A stretch of 64,000 nt of DNA from Owenia fusiformis (Eukaryota), in contig CAIIXF020000001.1 in NCBI GenBank assembly GCA_903813345.2, forward strand, positions 28,086,001-28,150,000, written 5' to 3'. Below the pieces are notes generated by a model. That model made no database searches, was not told the origin of the DNA, and was given only the letters and a program-made list of their open reading frames with translations. A program made the position numbers and the translations under genes. Of the stretch, positions 40,680-54,139 are shown piece by piece; the stretch's first letter is position 1; each line of letters starts with the position of its first letter.

Positions 40680-42930
40680 AATTGAAAAGCAGATCTGTGA
40701 AATCTCTAAATATTTGGTAAAACGAAGACGAGAAAGTCAATATGAGTCAATGATTTCGGGGTGATATGTGCGGTAAGGATTGCATAGCTGTAAGGTGAAA
40801 CAACATACGAACTCCAGGTGAGGGTTACGGAATGTAAAAAGGCACTGCAAACTTAAACAACTGCTGATATACTGCTTCTTCACACCACATGGATGTATCT
40901 ACTCGTTTAATTTCCAGAATAATTTAGATGAAACTCAGAATTACAATTTACTCAATACAGAACCATATCCGTGTAATATATTTAAAAGGGGCTATTTCGA
41001 TGATTCGAAGCTATTCGAAGTAAAATGTTAGAGAGGCATGCCAGAAAGGAAAGTACTGCAATTTGTCTAACACATCTGGTTAATTTTGACGTGGAGAAAC
41101 CAAATTCCATTAGTCTGGATGTACATTTTGAGTATGGGAAATCAACCCAAAATTGTAGCTTTTTCTTAAGATGAAACGGGTTCACAAAGAAGGCATTGTA
41201 TTTAATCTTCTAACTTGTATGAATTGTAAGTAACGTAGTTATAAGGCCATTATTGCATCAGGTATGGTCGTCATCGAAAAATTAATCTAAATGATGCCAA
41301 AAACCTGAGCGCCATCATGTGCACAATGTTTAAACTAAGTCGTAGTGATGCAAGAAATTCACGAAATCTATTTTTGTACTAGTTTATCAGAAACGTATAT
41401 CTAGACTGGTGTTAGATGATTGTTAAATATTTTTCATATCTCAGCCTGGGAGCGCTCTTCCCTACCTGGCGCTGCGCAGGTTAGATTAGGCCCTTCCAAA
41501 TGTTTGACACTCTACTACAGTGATACCCTGTATTGTGAAAACCAGGAGGGGCTAAGATCATATTCATTAATAAATAGTTTTACTGGATCGTACAGTATAG
41601 ATTATTTTGCTGTCATGAGAACGTATGTCGCTCAGGATTCTTTGCTAGGCAAAATGATTAATAGATGATTAATAGCGTGTGCAAGAGTGTATCGTGCAAA
41701 AGTAAGAACTGAACAGCCGTTTTTGTTGATGTTCCGCCAAATTGGCTCCTAAGGATGAGAACCATGTATTCCTTGATGTATAATCATCTCTCAGACCCGA
41801 AGTCTCCGTATATAACACTAAACATGGATGTGATAACGTGGGGGGTAAGGATAACGAACCTTTGATGGTGACGATAACACTAAACATCAGCTCAAATCTG
41901 ATGATCGCTGATGTTCATAGGAATCGAAAATGCAATTTTCCATCCGTCCACGTTATCTAATCCATTCCTTTCCCATGTATTACTCCTCAACTAAATCTAT
42001 TAGGCTATATTAGACTCAAGGTACATGTTGATAGTCAATGTATGTATGAACATACAAAATAAGATGGGTAAATGTATGATCCGGGTGTATGATATTTTGT
42101 AATGTAATGACACATAACGTGCAATTGTAAAAAAAAGTTGTTTCATATCTTGATAATGTATATATGACCATTTGTATTATATTATACATAATGTATGGAT
42201 GTTTGATTGCTTCAATATGTGTAAATCTCAACTACATTATTATCATCTTGTATTTAGCATTATCGTATAAATGTGCTTTTGTAACTGTATTCGTTTTAGA
42301 GCATAAACATATACCAATATAAAAAAGTCAAAATAGATATTGTTTGCAATCCATATTGGTAGAAAATGGTGTGTAAAGATAAGATATACATCTGTTAGGC
42401 TTATGTGTAATAGATTTAGAGTACGATCTTATGATTTAATGTTATCCTTCTTAACAACTAGATTCATCCCATTTTTAATTGATTATGCCTCGTATAAATG
42501 TACAAGATGTTGTCATTTACAATAAACCAATACGTAATATGTATGTGATGTCATATGAATTACAGTAGAATGAAGCCATTTTCCATCCCCTTGTTTTTGT
42601 TGCTAGATAGATATTTTTTCGAAAAGTTGATATCAAATGGATTGGCATATACGCGTGCTTGAATTACTTGAATTTTGGGCCAAAATATCAGGTCTGTGAT
42701 AGTTCAAATTAGAACATATCATTGATCATGGAAAAGGGGCACAAAATTATTTTTTACAATTTAAGAGAAACATTCTTAAACATGTTCTTCAGGTTGGATT
42801 ATTAATCACAAAACTATTTTTTCTTCTTTTCACAACCTTTATTTTACTAAACAGGACGTTTCGGATCCTGTCATATAATTAATAATTTCTGTTTAATCTG
42901 TTAATAGAAACATGTTTCGCTGTTATTGGT

Positions 42931-43002
42931 CATACTCGTTTCCCAGTTTGATTTTCAATCACACTGGTTATGAAAACATCATACCTTGGAAATCCAAGAT
43001 GG
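42931..43002 (+). repeat. Dispersed repeat copy, same family as 5490-5555 and 24489-24564
   Basis: CATACTCGTTTCCCAGTTTGATTTTCA...TTGGAAATCCAAGATG. Confidence 0.65.
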
Positions 43003-43872
43003 TTATTGAATTTGGTAATTTCATATGTACATGTATATGCAGTTTTGCACATATTGGCAGACATATGCAAGACAAATATGTCGATTCATGTACATATAAA
43101 CGATTTCGCCTACACCGAGTTAAACCCCAACTCTTATCTAATTTATTCTTGTCAGTAACAAAGAAGGGATGAGAGAAATTCAAACTTCAGGCTCAAAATA
43201 ACCACAACTGTATCTTTACATATCTATTTCTGGCAGCTTGGTTAACATTACGTATTAACTGCTCACTGCTGATTGCTTTTTGTTGGTCTTGAACTCAGAT
43301 AGCCTTGTGTTTTTAGTTACATCATCAGGCCACTTTCGAGCTAATGCCAGAACCAGTTATACACCAAACATTCTTTAAATTGAAGTAATGTAACACATAT
43401 TAATGAAATAAAGTGTACTTTACATGGCGATAAAAATCCCCTTGCATATTTTGGCCATGAAGATTTGTCGAAAAACTTCGTGTTGACCAAAGTATTTTCA
43501 GAATTTTTTCACGCTGGTTTTGCATACTATACGTCAAGTTACAGTAAAGTAATACATTTAACATATTTCCAATCCCTAATGAGCATTTAAGACACCTTCT
43601 TCAAAGAGCTCAAAGCCTTGAAACTTGTTGCAAACATGTCTTGGTCTAATTCCTTGACTGGCTTGTTTATCTGGGATAAAGTTGAGATAACTTGATAAAA
43701 CCTGAAGATAAAGTGTGATGAATGAAAGATCTAGTTATATATAGGATGTCGACAGATATTCACAGGGATCTAACCCGAACCAGGTGGGCTATTCCTGTCA
43801 GATAAAATGTGGCACTAATCTGGAAATATTTCTCTATTTGAACCAAAACTGGAAAGCTGAAAATGAAGAAGA

Positions 43873-44058
43873 GTGTGGCGGATCCAGAAGCAAACAAGGG
43901 GGGGGGGCAAATTTTGAGTCAGTAAAAATTTTCGAAGCTTGCGCGGAAAAAACTTTTGGGCCCCTTAAACCAAAAATTGTGCCCAAATTAAGAAAATGTA
44001 AAGCCCATCTTTAGAAAAGTTGGTCATAAATTGTCCCCCCCCCCCGGATCCGCCACTG
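43873..44058. mobile_element. GC-ended MITE (GTGGCGGATCC...GGATCCGCCACTG family)
   Basis: Inverted ends with poly-G/poly-C tracts. Related ends at ~45720-45734, 54878-55026 and 55251-55334. Confidence 0.7.
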
Positions 44059-44606
44059 AGTAAGGGGTCGGTATTACCGTTTTCTCAACCAACTACTACA
44101 CGACAATATCATTTTATGGAACATTGTATTGTGCTGCCCTCTTTCTTATGTTTGAATGCTATTTGTCTGCAAATGAACTTGGCCTGGTCTTCGTTTGCTG
44201 TTAATGACAATTTGAATGTGAAACATATAAATTGCCGACATATGTTAAACCTAAATGTTAAAAACAAGGGTTTGCATTGATATTTTATGAAAAATGAGAC
44301 AAACCAATCGAAACATCGTGGGTTCATTAAGTGGAATTTTTTATCTTCATTGCATGTTTCTGACATGAAGTTCACGTCAAACGTCTCAGCTCAGGCTTTG
44401 ATTTTGGCCTTCGAGTCCTTAGTTCTGACCAAAGGAGAGTGTAAATGTACAAATTGCAAGACCACAACATCAGATATAACCTTCATTGTGATTGCGTCTC
44501 GAGAGAGTTTTCTGTTCATTCCGTTACCATTGCACAAAAATGTGCGAGATAAACCAGGTATGTTTTATTTTGGCTCCATGGAGAGAGCAGAAACATCTGG
44601 ATGCTG

Positions 44607-44620
44607 GTTGCTATGGTAGC
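44607..44620. promoter_or_regulatory. RFX X-box-like motif upstream of paralogue B
   Basis: GTTGCTATGGTAGC resembles the X-box GTTGCCATGGCAAC. A second motif, GTTAGCATGGCAAC, lies at 45011-45024. Confidence 0.45.
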
Positions 44621-44965
44621 AATCTATGTTTCACGGGAGAACATGCAGTAAGACATCCCACCTGACCTCGATTCTGTATTTGGGCATTGATTACCTTATG
44701 CATACTACGTCAGTCCTCATTAACATATCTTGATGATTCGTTTACCTTTGATTGGCATTACCTGTTGCCACAGAGTTAAGAACCCCGCTGCCCGTTATAA
44801 TCTATACTCTTTACCACTTAGATGTTGATGTAGGCAGAAGTATGGACATTGCCCGAGAGAATTAAATACCTCATGATCACAAAATAAAGTGTTTTTATAT
44901 TGATTTGGAAGAGCTCAGACGTACAACTGCGTTAACTTGTGTAATAAAGATAGCGGTTAGGAGAT

Positions 44966-47900
44966 ATGGATGTAAACAGCGTGGAATGTGAACCTACTCC
45001 TCCTCAGGCCGTTAGCATGGCAACCATTACATTGGGCTCGAATGGTAACCACAGCGACGAAAATCATGATGCCTATCGGGACATACCTCCTGTGAATAAT
45101 GATGATGTTGATTTAAGCATAACACAGAGAAAAAAGAAATCCAAAGGTCTATACTCTGCGTCATCTACTGCGTCCAAAGTGTATGGAACAGTGCATAGTG
45201 AAGAAATCGTAAAAATGTCAGACTCGGATGTATCCGCACCCCCTCCTAGCAGCTCACAGACCATACAGACACCCACGGGCAACAGATTTGTGACGACAAG
45301 TGGGGGAAACGAGGTTGGCGAGGACGACGAAGTTTGCCCAGAATTTCAGCCCCATGCCTGGAAGAAAGGGATGTGTAACATTTGCTTCAAAAGTCAAGAA
45401 GAACATGAAGGCAAAATACCGGACATTTCCAAAATGAGGATAACGTCGGGAGGGGGAGGGAGTTTGGAGAAACGCCTTGAAATAGCCATGAAACGTATCA
45501 AAGACCTGGAAGCTGAACTCAGAGAAGTTAATGGACAGTAAGTAACCAATATACCTATTTTGTAGGGCCTCGATTAGTGGGCCTTTTGGCATTAATTTGC
45601 CTTTTTGGGCCTTCTTGGCCAAATTGTCAAAAATGGGCCTCGAATTTTCAAAATTTGGGCCTAGTTTTGGATATAGGGGCCCAAACATTTTTCCCAGATT
45701 TGAAATTTGCCTTGAGCTTCTGGATCCGCCAGTGTATTTAGACAAAAGATGACGAAACAAAAACATCTATTTTTGATCTCTTACAAAACAGATTTAGATT
45801 AATCAGTTAAAACTCATTATTCACGTTACCTTGACTGCCCGTTTTTTGTAAATTGAACTATTTATAGAATGTTTGCGATTACGTACATCTTTATTATCTC
45901 GTTAACTTTCGGTTCAGCTTCAACCATTCGCCTACCAGCCTTACAATCCAGCTACAGCTGGAGATATTGAAGATATGATAGCCTAAGATCAAACACTAAG
46001 GATGGATCGGACATCTTATCAGACCTCACCTATGAACCGAATCGCAATTTTAAGTGTTTTCATGTATTATCTGGGTTTTTTCTTTTTCTGAGGTGCTTTG
46101 GTATTTGGTTGAGTGACCTTAGCGTTCGGAAACTAATGGTTGTTCGCTTTAAGGACATATGTCTAGGATTGTTGTTGTTTTCTATTTTGTTGTTTTTAGA
46201 ATATAGAGCAATGCATCATGGAACTTCGTGTCCATTGTTCTACACCAGTATACTAATTGTGGGAAACATGATCGTTGCTCTTGGCAGTTGATTTTCATTT
46301 GTGATATTTGTCAGGTTGCCATTGCCTCTCTAGACGTGTTTATTTCTAGACGTTGCTAGATAATACTCTATGCTATAAGTCAGTGTTATGTAAGATGTTT
46401 GCCGAGAATGTGATCACTGTGTACAAGTCATATACCTGGTCTCTCATAGAATAAGAATTGTACCCAATAACATGAATAAAACTCTTTTTCCTCGATTTGA
46501 TAAGATGAACTTTTCACACGATAAAGACCAAAGACAATTTCTTTTCCAATTAGCATTTGATATTCATAGTTTTGTAAATTACTTAAACTGAGAAAGGACC
46601 AGGTGTAGTATAGCAAGGGATTTTGGAGTCATTTCTTTCACCATGAGTACTGGCCATAAGTACAGTGGTTTTTATTTAAGCAATATATTTTTATTCAAGT
46701 GAAGTCCCCGTGATAATAGAATATCAATCCAACTCTCTGGAAATTATGGATTAGGCCTCCACCTTGTCACTTTTTTTTAAAATGTTAGGCTTATTTTCTA
46801 AAACAAAGAGGACCTCTTTTTCTCAAATTAAATATATCAAAAGTTTCTTTTACACTATATTAACAAACTTCTGTGACACAATTAATTGTTTCAGCATAGT
46901 TTTGGTCATGGAAAATTAATATCTTCAAAACTAGACTTTCAACGCCATTCTACTTTTGAAGAAGATTTAGATCCCTTAATCGTTTCGTGAAAGACACCAT
47001 ATAATGTGTTGATGAGAAACTATGTCGTATTCAAATTCAGAAAACTGTCTAAAATCACTTGCCATACTATACCTGGTCCTTTGACATTTTAGATGACAAG
47101 TGGCCTCCATTACTATCAATGCACAGCCAAATGTTGCTATCGCAAACATGGAAATGTCTGATGGTGCTAGAACAATTATTTCGCAAAAACTAAGTAAAAT
47201 CACCTAGTGAAACATTTTGATGTTGCCGATACGAAAATGTTACATGACCAAATGTTTAAAAATTCCTTCATTGTATCGGTGCAGCATGGAATGGATGATG
47301 GTGCTAGAAACTTTCAAGAATATTAGCGGTTCATCACTCACAGAGTTATTCGATGTTTGTCTAGCTTCAATTTGGATTGTGGATTGCGTGTCACCACAGC
47401 AAGAGCTTGTTGCAAGGCTATCAGGTTCACTAATCTACAGATGAATTTTAAAAATCAAAAGGGCCCAAAACCGCGTTAAATGAATATATTTTTTGGTTTA
47501 AGTCGTGACCCTTTGAACGTTTATGCCTCAATTACATTTGATCATCGGCGATCGTAGCTTCACCAAATCGAGAGAAATACGACGAAACATAAAATATATG
47601 GATAAACATAACGATAGATTATCTATTTCAATTTTGTTCAGCTACGGCCGCCATACGCCTGTCGTAGAGCAAATGTGACCGGGGCTTTAATAGACAGCAT
47701 GTTTTTCTGTATTTACCATGTCTATTTGAATTCATTACTGAATTTGAAGAAACTTATATTATATGCCCCGAAAGTAAAAAGGTTAACTCGAATAATCTCA
47801 AATGAATACTTAGCTGCATATGATATATTGTGATTATACAGATGAACCGACAAAATCTGAAACAGTAGCGGGTTCATGTTTTTAATATAAATCGAACATG

Positions 47901-49270
47901 AAACTTATGTAAAGGCCTCGAAGTTTTTTCTTCAAAATCCTTGTAAATCCTTGTTACGTATCATGTTCTGGGCTAAGTTGGTTTTATAGTTCTACATACA
48001 TTCCTATCAGTTATATTTACGTAAACACGATATCGGGAATCTCTTGCTATCCCAGCGGTTGTCTGGCTGTACTTTGCGTAACTCAGGAAATACCTTGAGG
48101 TGAGATAAACACTACCCACTATCTGCCAATACGTCCTTGCAAGTTACACTCCCTTCCATAAGTTTGGCAACCTTAGCTCCCCCATTGAACTACGTGTTAA
48201 AGCCTCTTTACGTTTGAATTTTTATTTACTTTATATTGTCTATGCTTTATGGAGGCTATGAGAGGTATATGATATATATATGATTTTGAAAAAAAAACTC
48301 TTTGGTCGAGCATATGTTTGAAGCAAGTTGAAAAATATATTTTTGCCCTTCAATATCTCATTAGTATAACGACGTTTGTTACGTCGATTGATAAACTTGA
48401 CTTTTCCTTCAGAAATCAGTCTTTTGTGATGAACTTGAATTTCTAGATTGAATAAATCAATTCTTTGACCTTCCGAATGTCATATAGGTCAACCAAAGGT
48501 CAAATCTCAAATCAAAGGACGGATTTGAACTCCTGAGAACTAGTAGTTGATTTTGAAAAAATTGGTCAAATTGAAGTTGAAAAAAGACTTTTTGACATTT
48601 TTTACCTTCAAAACAATATCTCAAAAAGGCAAAATATATCCGATATTGGTGGAAATGTGTTGGAACTCATAACATGTTAAAATATGCTGACAGTAAAAAT
48701 TTGAAGTCAGTCTAAACAGTACTTGTTAGTTATTGAAAGTAGTAAGAATTACGGTTACAGACGTCGAACGCCGGCCGGCCGACCGCCGTACACAACACAC
48801 ACGTCTGGTGACATATTGTAGTCTGCTTGTAAGATAAACCTGGACACAATAGGCATAGAGGGAATTACCCATATATTTATAGATGAACCTATATTTGTGT
48901 AAAGATGAGCCCATTTTACATCTTTGAATTTTGGGATATTTCCTGTTCTTCATAGACATCGTCCACTGAAGTTGTAGCCTACTGCACACAATCCAAATGG
49001 TGCATTTGTTACTCTGCTTCCATTTCTCTGAAACCACCATTGTATCATTACAGGTATGCTCAGCTCCAGATTGACTTCAAAGAACTGGACGAAGACTGTA
49101 TGAGTAAAGAAGAAGAGCTTAAGAGAGCGGAGGAAGAGAGCACTGACATTGTGAAGGTCCTTAGAGAAAAGGCAGAAAGACTAGATGATGAAAATCATTA
49201 CCTTAAGAAAAGGATTGAAGATCTTCAACCAAAGTCTATAAAATCTATAGGAAGAGGAAAATGGAAGTAA
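44966..49270 (+). CDS. Uncharacterised ~262-aa protein: disordered N-terminus, same C3H motif, coiled coil (paralogue B)
   Basis: Exon 1 (44966-45537) ends CA|GTAAGT. Exon 2 starts TTACAG|G at 49054 (phase 2) and ends TAA at 49270. Motif CPEFQPHAWKKGMCNICFKSQEEH at 45335-45406. SLEKRLEIAMKRIKDLEAEL and L.DEN..L..R..D align with paralogue A, and the intron has the same position and phase. Confidence 0.82.
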
Positions 49271-50103
49271 CCATGGAAATGATTCGTGGTTACCTTAGTT
49301 ACTAGTTACCATACATGTGAATACATGGATGACAGTGAATTCTAATGTCACAAAGGGGCATTAGTATATCAAGTTCATACCCTGGGAATTCGAGGGATAT
49401 TAATAGCTTATTTAACATGGAAGCAAATGAGAAATGACAAATATGAATTTTGACTTGAAAATGTGTTCACTAGCGATATTGTGTAAGTTTTCACTGTATC
49501 ATATTCATTGATTATATGCAGTAAAACTACATATGACTTTATCTTAAAATGATTGGAGAATTTAGGGTGCACAATCACATTATCTAAGAATACATTCTAG
49601 ACATTTTGGATGAATAAAAATAGGATATAGTCGCGAAATAGAATGTATTTAAAATGCCAAATACATCTTACCAGTGACATGAGTGAGTCATTGTGAGATT
49701 ATTTGATTTCATTTTGCTTCAACCTTACCAGATACTCTGTTATAACACAAATCTTGGCACAAAACCAGAAACCAGTAAGATACATTCTTCTTCAGCCTCG
49801 GATTATCAACCAATCTATTAAGTTGAACTAAACATTCTAAAATAGACACTGTAAACCTGTAAGCTGTAAGATGAAAGCTATTCAAGCATCATCTCTGTGT
49901 ATGACTGTATACACCCTGTACCTGCATAATTTCTAATAAGAAATGTGTTGAGGGTGGTGGGGGAGCAAAGATCTAAAAATTAAATTTGATATTACACTAT
50001 GTGTAAAACAATTAAAAATCATTCTTGATATGGGTTAGCACTGATACTAGGTATATGTGTTTTCAGGTCAGCAACAGTATTTTTAAAATGAGAAGAAGAA
50101 CAT

Positions 50104-50206
50104 TAGCCTTGCCCAAGTCGGTCTCTTAAATACTTATCTTGATTTCTATTATCTTGATTTCTATTCAAAATTAGATAAGTAAAAAAACACCGACTTGGCA
50201 AGGCTA
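50104..50206. mobile_element. 103-bp hairpin MITE with TAG...CTA ends and a 9-bp TSD (Academ-like)
   Basis: GAAGAACAT|TAGCCTTGCCCAAGTCGGT ... ACCGACTTGGCAAGGCTA|GAAGTACAT (one mismatch in the TSD). Confidence 0.7.
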
Positions 50207-50522
50207 GAAGTACATATTCCCTTGCTTGTTTAAGCAATGCCATAAATGAAATCTAGCATGCCATCACTGCCAACTAAGAAATATTTTCAAGCGATATATC
50301 ATATACATTCATATCGGCATGTGATAGCAATTTCTTTGACTAATGCTATTTCTGACTCTACACTTCTACATTTTGCAATCCACTGACAGAATGAATCATC
50401 CCACATCTGTGAGTTGATATCTAAGGTACTTTTGGGTTTAAACTAAATTCTTTGAGAGCTCAAAATTAGATTGTTTCTGGGCTCAAAACATCATTTAAGT
50501 CCTGTAACGATATGTCATAACA

Positions 50523-50740
50523 CAGGCCCGTAGCCAGGGGTGGGGGGTTCGCTGGGTTCGGGCGAACCCCTCCCCCCACCCCTGGCCAAAAATTCTGTCA
50601 AGATCATGCAGTTTTTCACCATTTTGAGCACTTCTCAAGTGATTTTAGCCATATTTGGACCAAAATTGTCAAATGTGAACCCCCCAGGAAACTTTTGAAA
50701 ACTGAACCCTCCCCCCTGGCAAATCCTGGCTACGGGCCTG
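50523..50740. mobile_element. MITE with perfect 16-bp TIR and 5-bp TSD (hAT-like CAGG ends)
   Basis: TAACA|CAGGCCCGTAGCCAGG ... CCTGGCTACGGGCCTG|TAACA. Confidence 0.85.
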
Positions 50741-53122
50741 TAACATTTATAGGTAACAAATGTAAGTGACGAATAGAACATACATATCCTATTATTATCT
50801 GTAATTCTGGTCCTACATTACTCTAAAATATTTTCATATATCATTGTCAATTTGCTACATCAACAATTTTTGATATAATTCATCATTTCAATAATTATTC
50901 GAACTTAAAAAATTCCTCGTTTAGAAAGTGTACTAAATTCAAGTTGGAACTTGTTCTGGTGCTACTTCATGCATTTAATACTCAAATTTCTTCAAGGTTT
51001 GATGATTTCAGAAATTGTTTACACCCACTTCTCTACTGTGTTTAAAGTTCCAGCTCAATATATAAGAAACAGTTTTGGGATTTTTAAAATTCATAAAAAA
51101 TGTTCCAATCAAGCAGATAAACAAGTAGGCTTAACAGCAACATTTTTGGATGAGATACTATGTGATGCTATCGCTTTCCAGTTCTGAACTTTGCATTCTT
51201 GATATATCTATTTTACATGTCTGTCTAACATGTCTAAAGGTCGGAATTCTTAGTGTTATAATGAGATAACTCTACGGAGACAACAGTAATGTACAATTCA
51301 ACCATATTTATTTATTTATATTTATTTATTTAGCAATCAATTAACATTTGCTTTTGCTCTAAGATTTCATGCTAGCAATAACAAAGATGTAAAAGCATAT
51401 CTGCAATATTATGAAAAATCAAACAAAACTGGCTTTATATTTATCATACTAAAATGCTTATTTTTAGTTTTGTTCATCGTGTTCCTGGATCGTGTTCACA
51501 AAGATGTAGATATTTAATTACAATTGTATAGATAAACAATGTACAAAATTGCAATAAATAATTTTATTTGACACATCATCATTATAACGGATAATACTGT
51601 TCCGTGTGTTATTCCTTAAAATACAATCCTCTTTACACATGTTACCTGACCTAAAAAAAAATTAAGAACACCTTTAACGAGGTCAAACCCCATGATAACT
51701 ATACATGTGCTGCCATATGGGGTTTACTACTGAGATTAGTGATTACCGACATTTCCTTTCACATTTCTTTATCTAAAGGGAAGCGTTGCTCTATCCATAA
51801 TTACTTTAATATGCACAGTCTAAGATACAACCCCCAGAGTACATGACAAATCAGGTAATTTCACCATGTCAATAAAATGGAGGGTTCACCTCAAGTTGAG
51901 CCAATTTTTGGAGCTGTGCATTAGTGTGAATGGGTTAACCTGTTCTGGTGGAATTTAACACACAATGATGACAGGTACAAGACTGTGGTAGTAATCTAAG
52001 TATATTAAGAATATTTCAGACTGAGCATGAGTTATACAGTACAATATGCCCTCCCCAAGCCTCTTATAATGAGTTAAATATTATGATTTTTTGACTTTTT
52101 GTTTTATTTATTATTTTATTTCAAATAAATATCATTAACATTTTTATGAGTAGAACTTGAAGATTTCAATCATTATTACGGTGTCAGGTTTCTGCCCCCC
52201 ACTATTCTTAACTTCCCCAACAAGTATGCAGGTGTGTTGTTTGGGGGAGCTAAACATGGACTTGATGGTTTAAAAATTCAAAATAGAATGAAGAGATAAA
52301 TAAACACTTTCAGTTGTATAAAAATGCCAGAAACCCAAGAAGGGCTATTGGAGGTCCCAAATTTTTTTATATCTCTTATATCTGTATATTTGTTGACCTT
52401 GTACCTTATCTAAACCTCAAATACACTTCAACACATGTGGGTAGGCTAATGGTCTTTGTCTCCCCTTCAACAATTTTTTATCCACCTTTTCTAAAAAAAA
52501 CTTCAAGAACTTTGTAGGAAAAATTGGCAAGAATATTGGCATTTTTAGCACCAAAATTCACATTTTTGGTAAACTTTCAAATTTTACTGAACATAAAAGA
52601 CCACCCGACAGCCCCCATTCCACCTCTCTAAAAAGCCCATCTAAAAATTAGACTTCCCCTCTGATGACAGCTAGCTGGCCAGGGGCCTGACTTCATAAAA
52701 TTTAGAGAGAAAATCTTAGAATGAGCATGACCAAATACAATAGGTATACTGTCACTATTGATAAGAAAGCCTGGTTGAAACAAAATAGAATCCATATTCC
52801 TGGGCCATATTCTGGTGTAAATTCTGGAAAGTTAACATGACCTCAAATCTCTGGAAAAGCCACTCAAAGCCACTCACACATGTCGTCTAGTAGCTGTTTA
52901 TGAGATGAAAGTTACCACAGTCTGCTTAACACATGATAACTTTCACAAACAGAGAAATAATAGTCGGATCAGAAAGCATTAAGGGTGAACCATATATTGT
53001 CTGGGACCAATCCATTTATTCATATCCAGAATAAAAGTATCAGTAAGATATATGTGCAGGTATTTGATGAATAAACTACCAATGTGACATCTATTTTTCA
53101 AAATAAATGCTAACCATAAGTG

Positions 53123-53309
53123 TAAGCGTGTATTCGCGAATGCAACTAACGCCCGTCAGCTACTGGATTGACCTACTATTTTATGGGTAACTGATTTAAA
53201 TATAAATAGTACCTGCCACTATTCCTATCATAATTAAATAAGTTGGTCATAAAATAGTAGATAATCCAGTAGCCGACAGGCGTTAGTTGCATTTGCGGAT
53301 ACAAGGTTA
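53123..53309. mobile_element. Foldback MITE with ~80-bp imperfect arms
   Basis: TAAGCGTGTATTCGCGAATGCAACTAACGCCCGTCAGCTACTGGATT...CTACTATTTTATG pairs with CATAAAATAGTAG-ATAATCCAGTAGCCGACAGGCGTTAGTTGCATTTGCGGATACAAGGTTA. No TSD seen. Confidence 0.7.
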
Positions 53310-54139
53310 GTTAACAAACTGAAACAAGAACGCAACATGTTTGGTAAACTATTCCAAAGATCATACTGAACTCAAGAGTGCTTTTAACAACACAGAACTG
53401 ATACTCGTATTGAGTTTAAAATGTTGCTGTACAGGGGAGCATCCAGTTGGGATGGGGCATTCAGCATTACTTCATTATTTTATTTTACCAGAAGAAGCAC
53501 AATCATAAATAATCAGTTATTACAGTAACCAGAAAATGACATGAAATAATTATACTGTTGAGAACCAAACTAAAATCCCCTTTTGATCCTCTTTATGGCT
53601 GATATTCCTGGATCCATCCCTGAACTGATACAGTATAAATTACAAAACTGTTTAAGTGGCATTAAATCCAAGTGGTTAATTTGCCGAATGGTCAAATTTT
53701 ATCATTTTCCTAATCTAATTTTCCTAATGACAAGAAACTTCCCATTGAAAATATTATGAAGATAATATTTCTTATATTTAATTTTTCGAACCTGGCAAAA
53801 TTTAGCCAATGGGCAAATTAAATGATTAGGCAAAATTACCACTTATATAATATTTATTGGCGGTTCTGTGCAACATACTTGTAATGTATACATATTCTGT
53901 CTATATATATCAGGCACATAACATCCTAGTTAATTAACAAGTGGAGCATGTTAACCTTAGAGGTATGTGAGTTCCACCAAGTGTCTACCAAGTGTAGATA
54001 CATATGCAAACATGATATGAAAGATGGCATAATGCTAAGATTACCATGGGGAGACTTAACCAAGATGATAATTCAGAATTATGTTTCAGCACTGTTTGCT
54101 TGAAGAGACATCTTTTGATTGATTCATGTTTTTTTTCAT

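Noticed and set aside
45254-45766. 170-aa minus-strand ORF
   Set aside because: It is antisense to paralogue B exon 1 and runs through a MITE fragment; the composition is not protein-like.
48148-48800. Possible HINE/pearl-like or Tc1-like repeat (ACTCCCC.TCCATAAGTTTG shared with ~27806, GACCTT/AAGGTCA motifs, CCGG repeats)
   Set aside because: Probably repetitive, but the boundaries and class could not be established.
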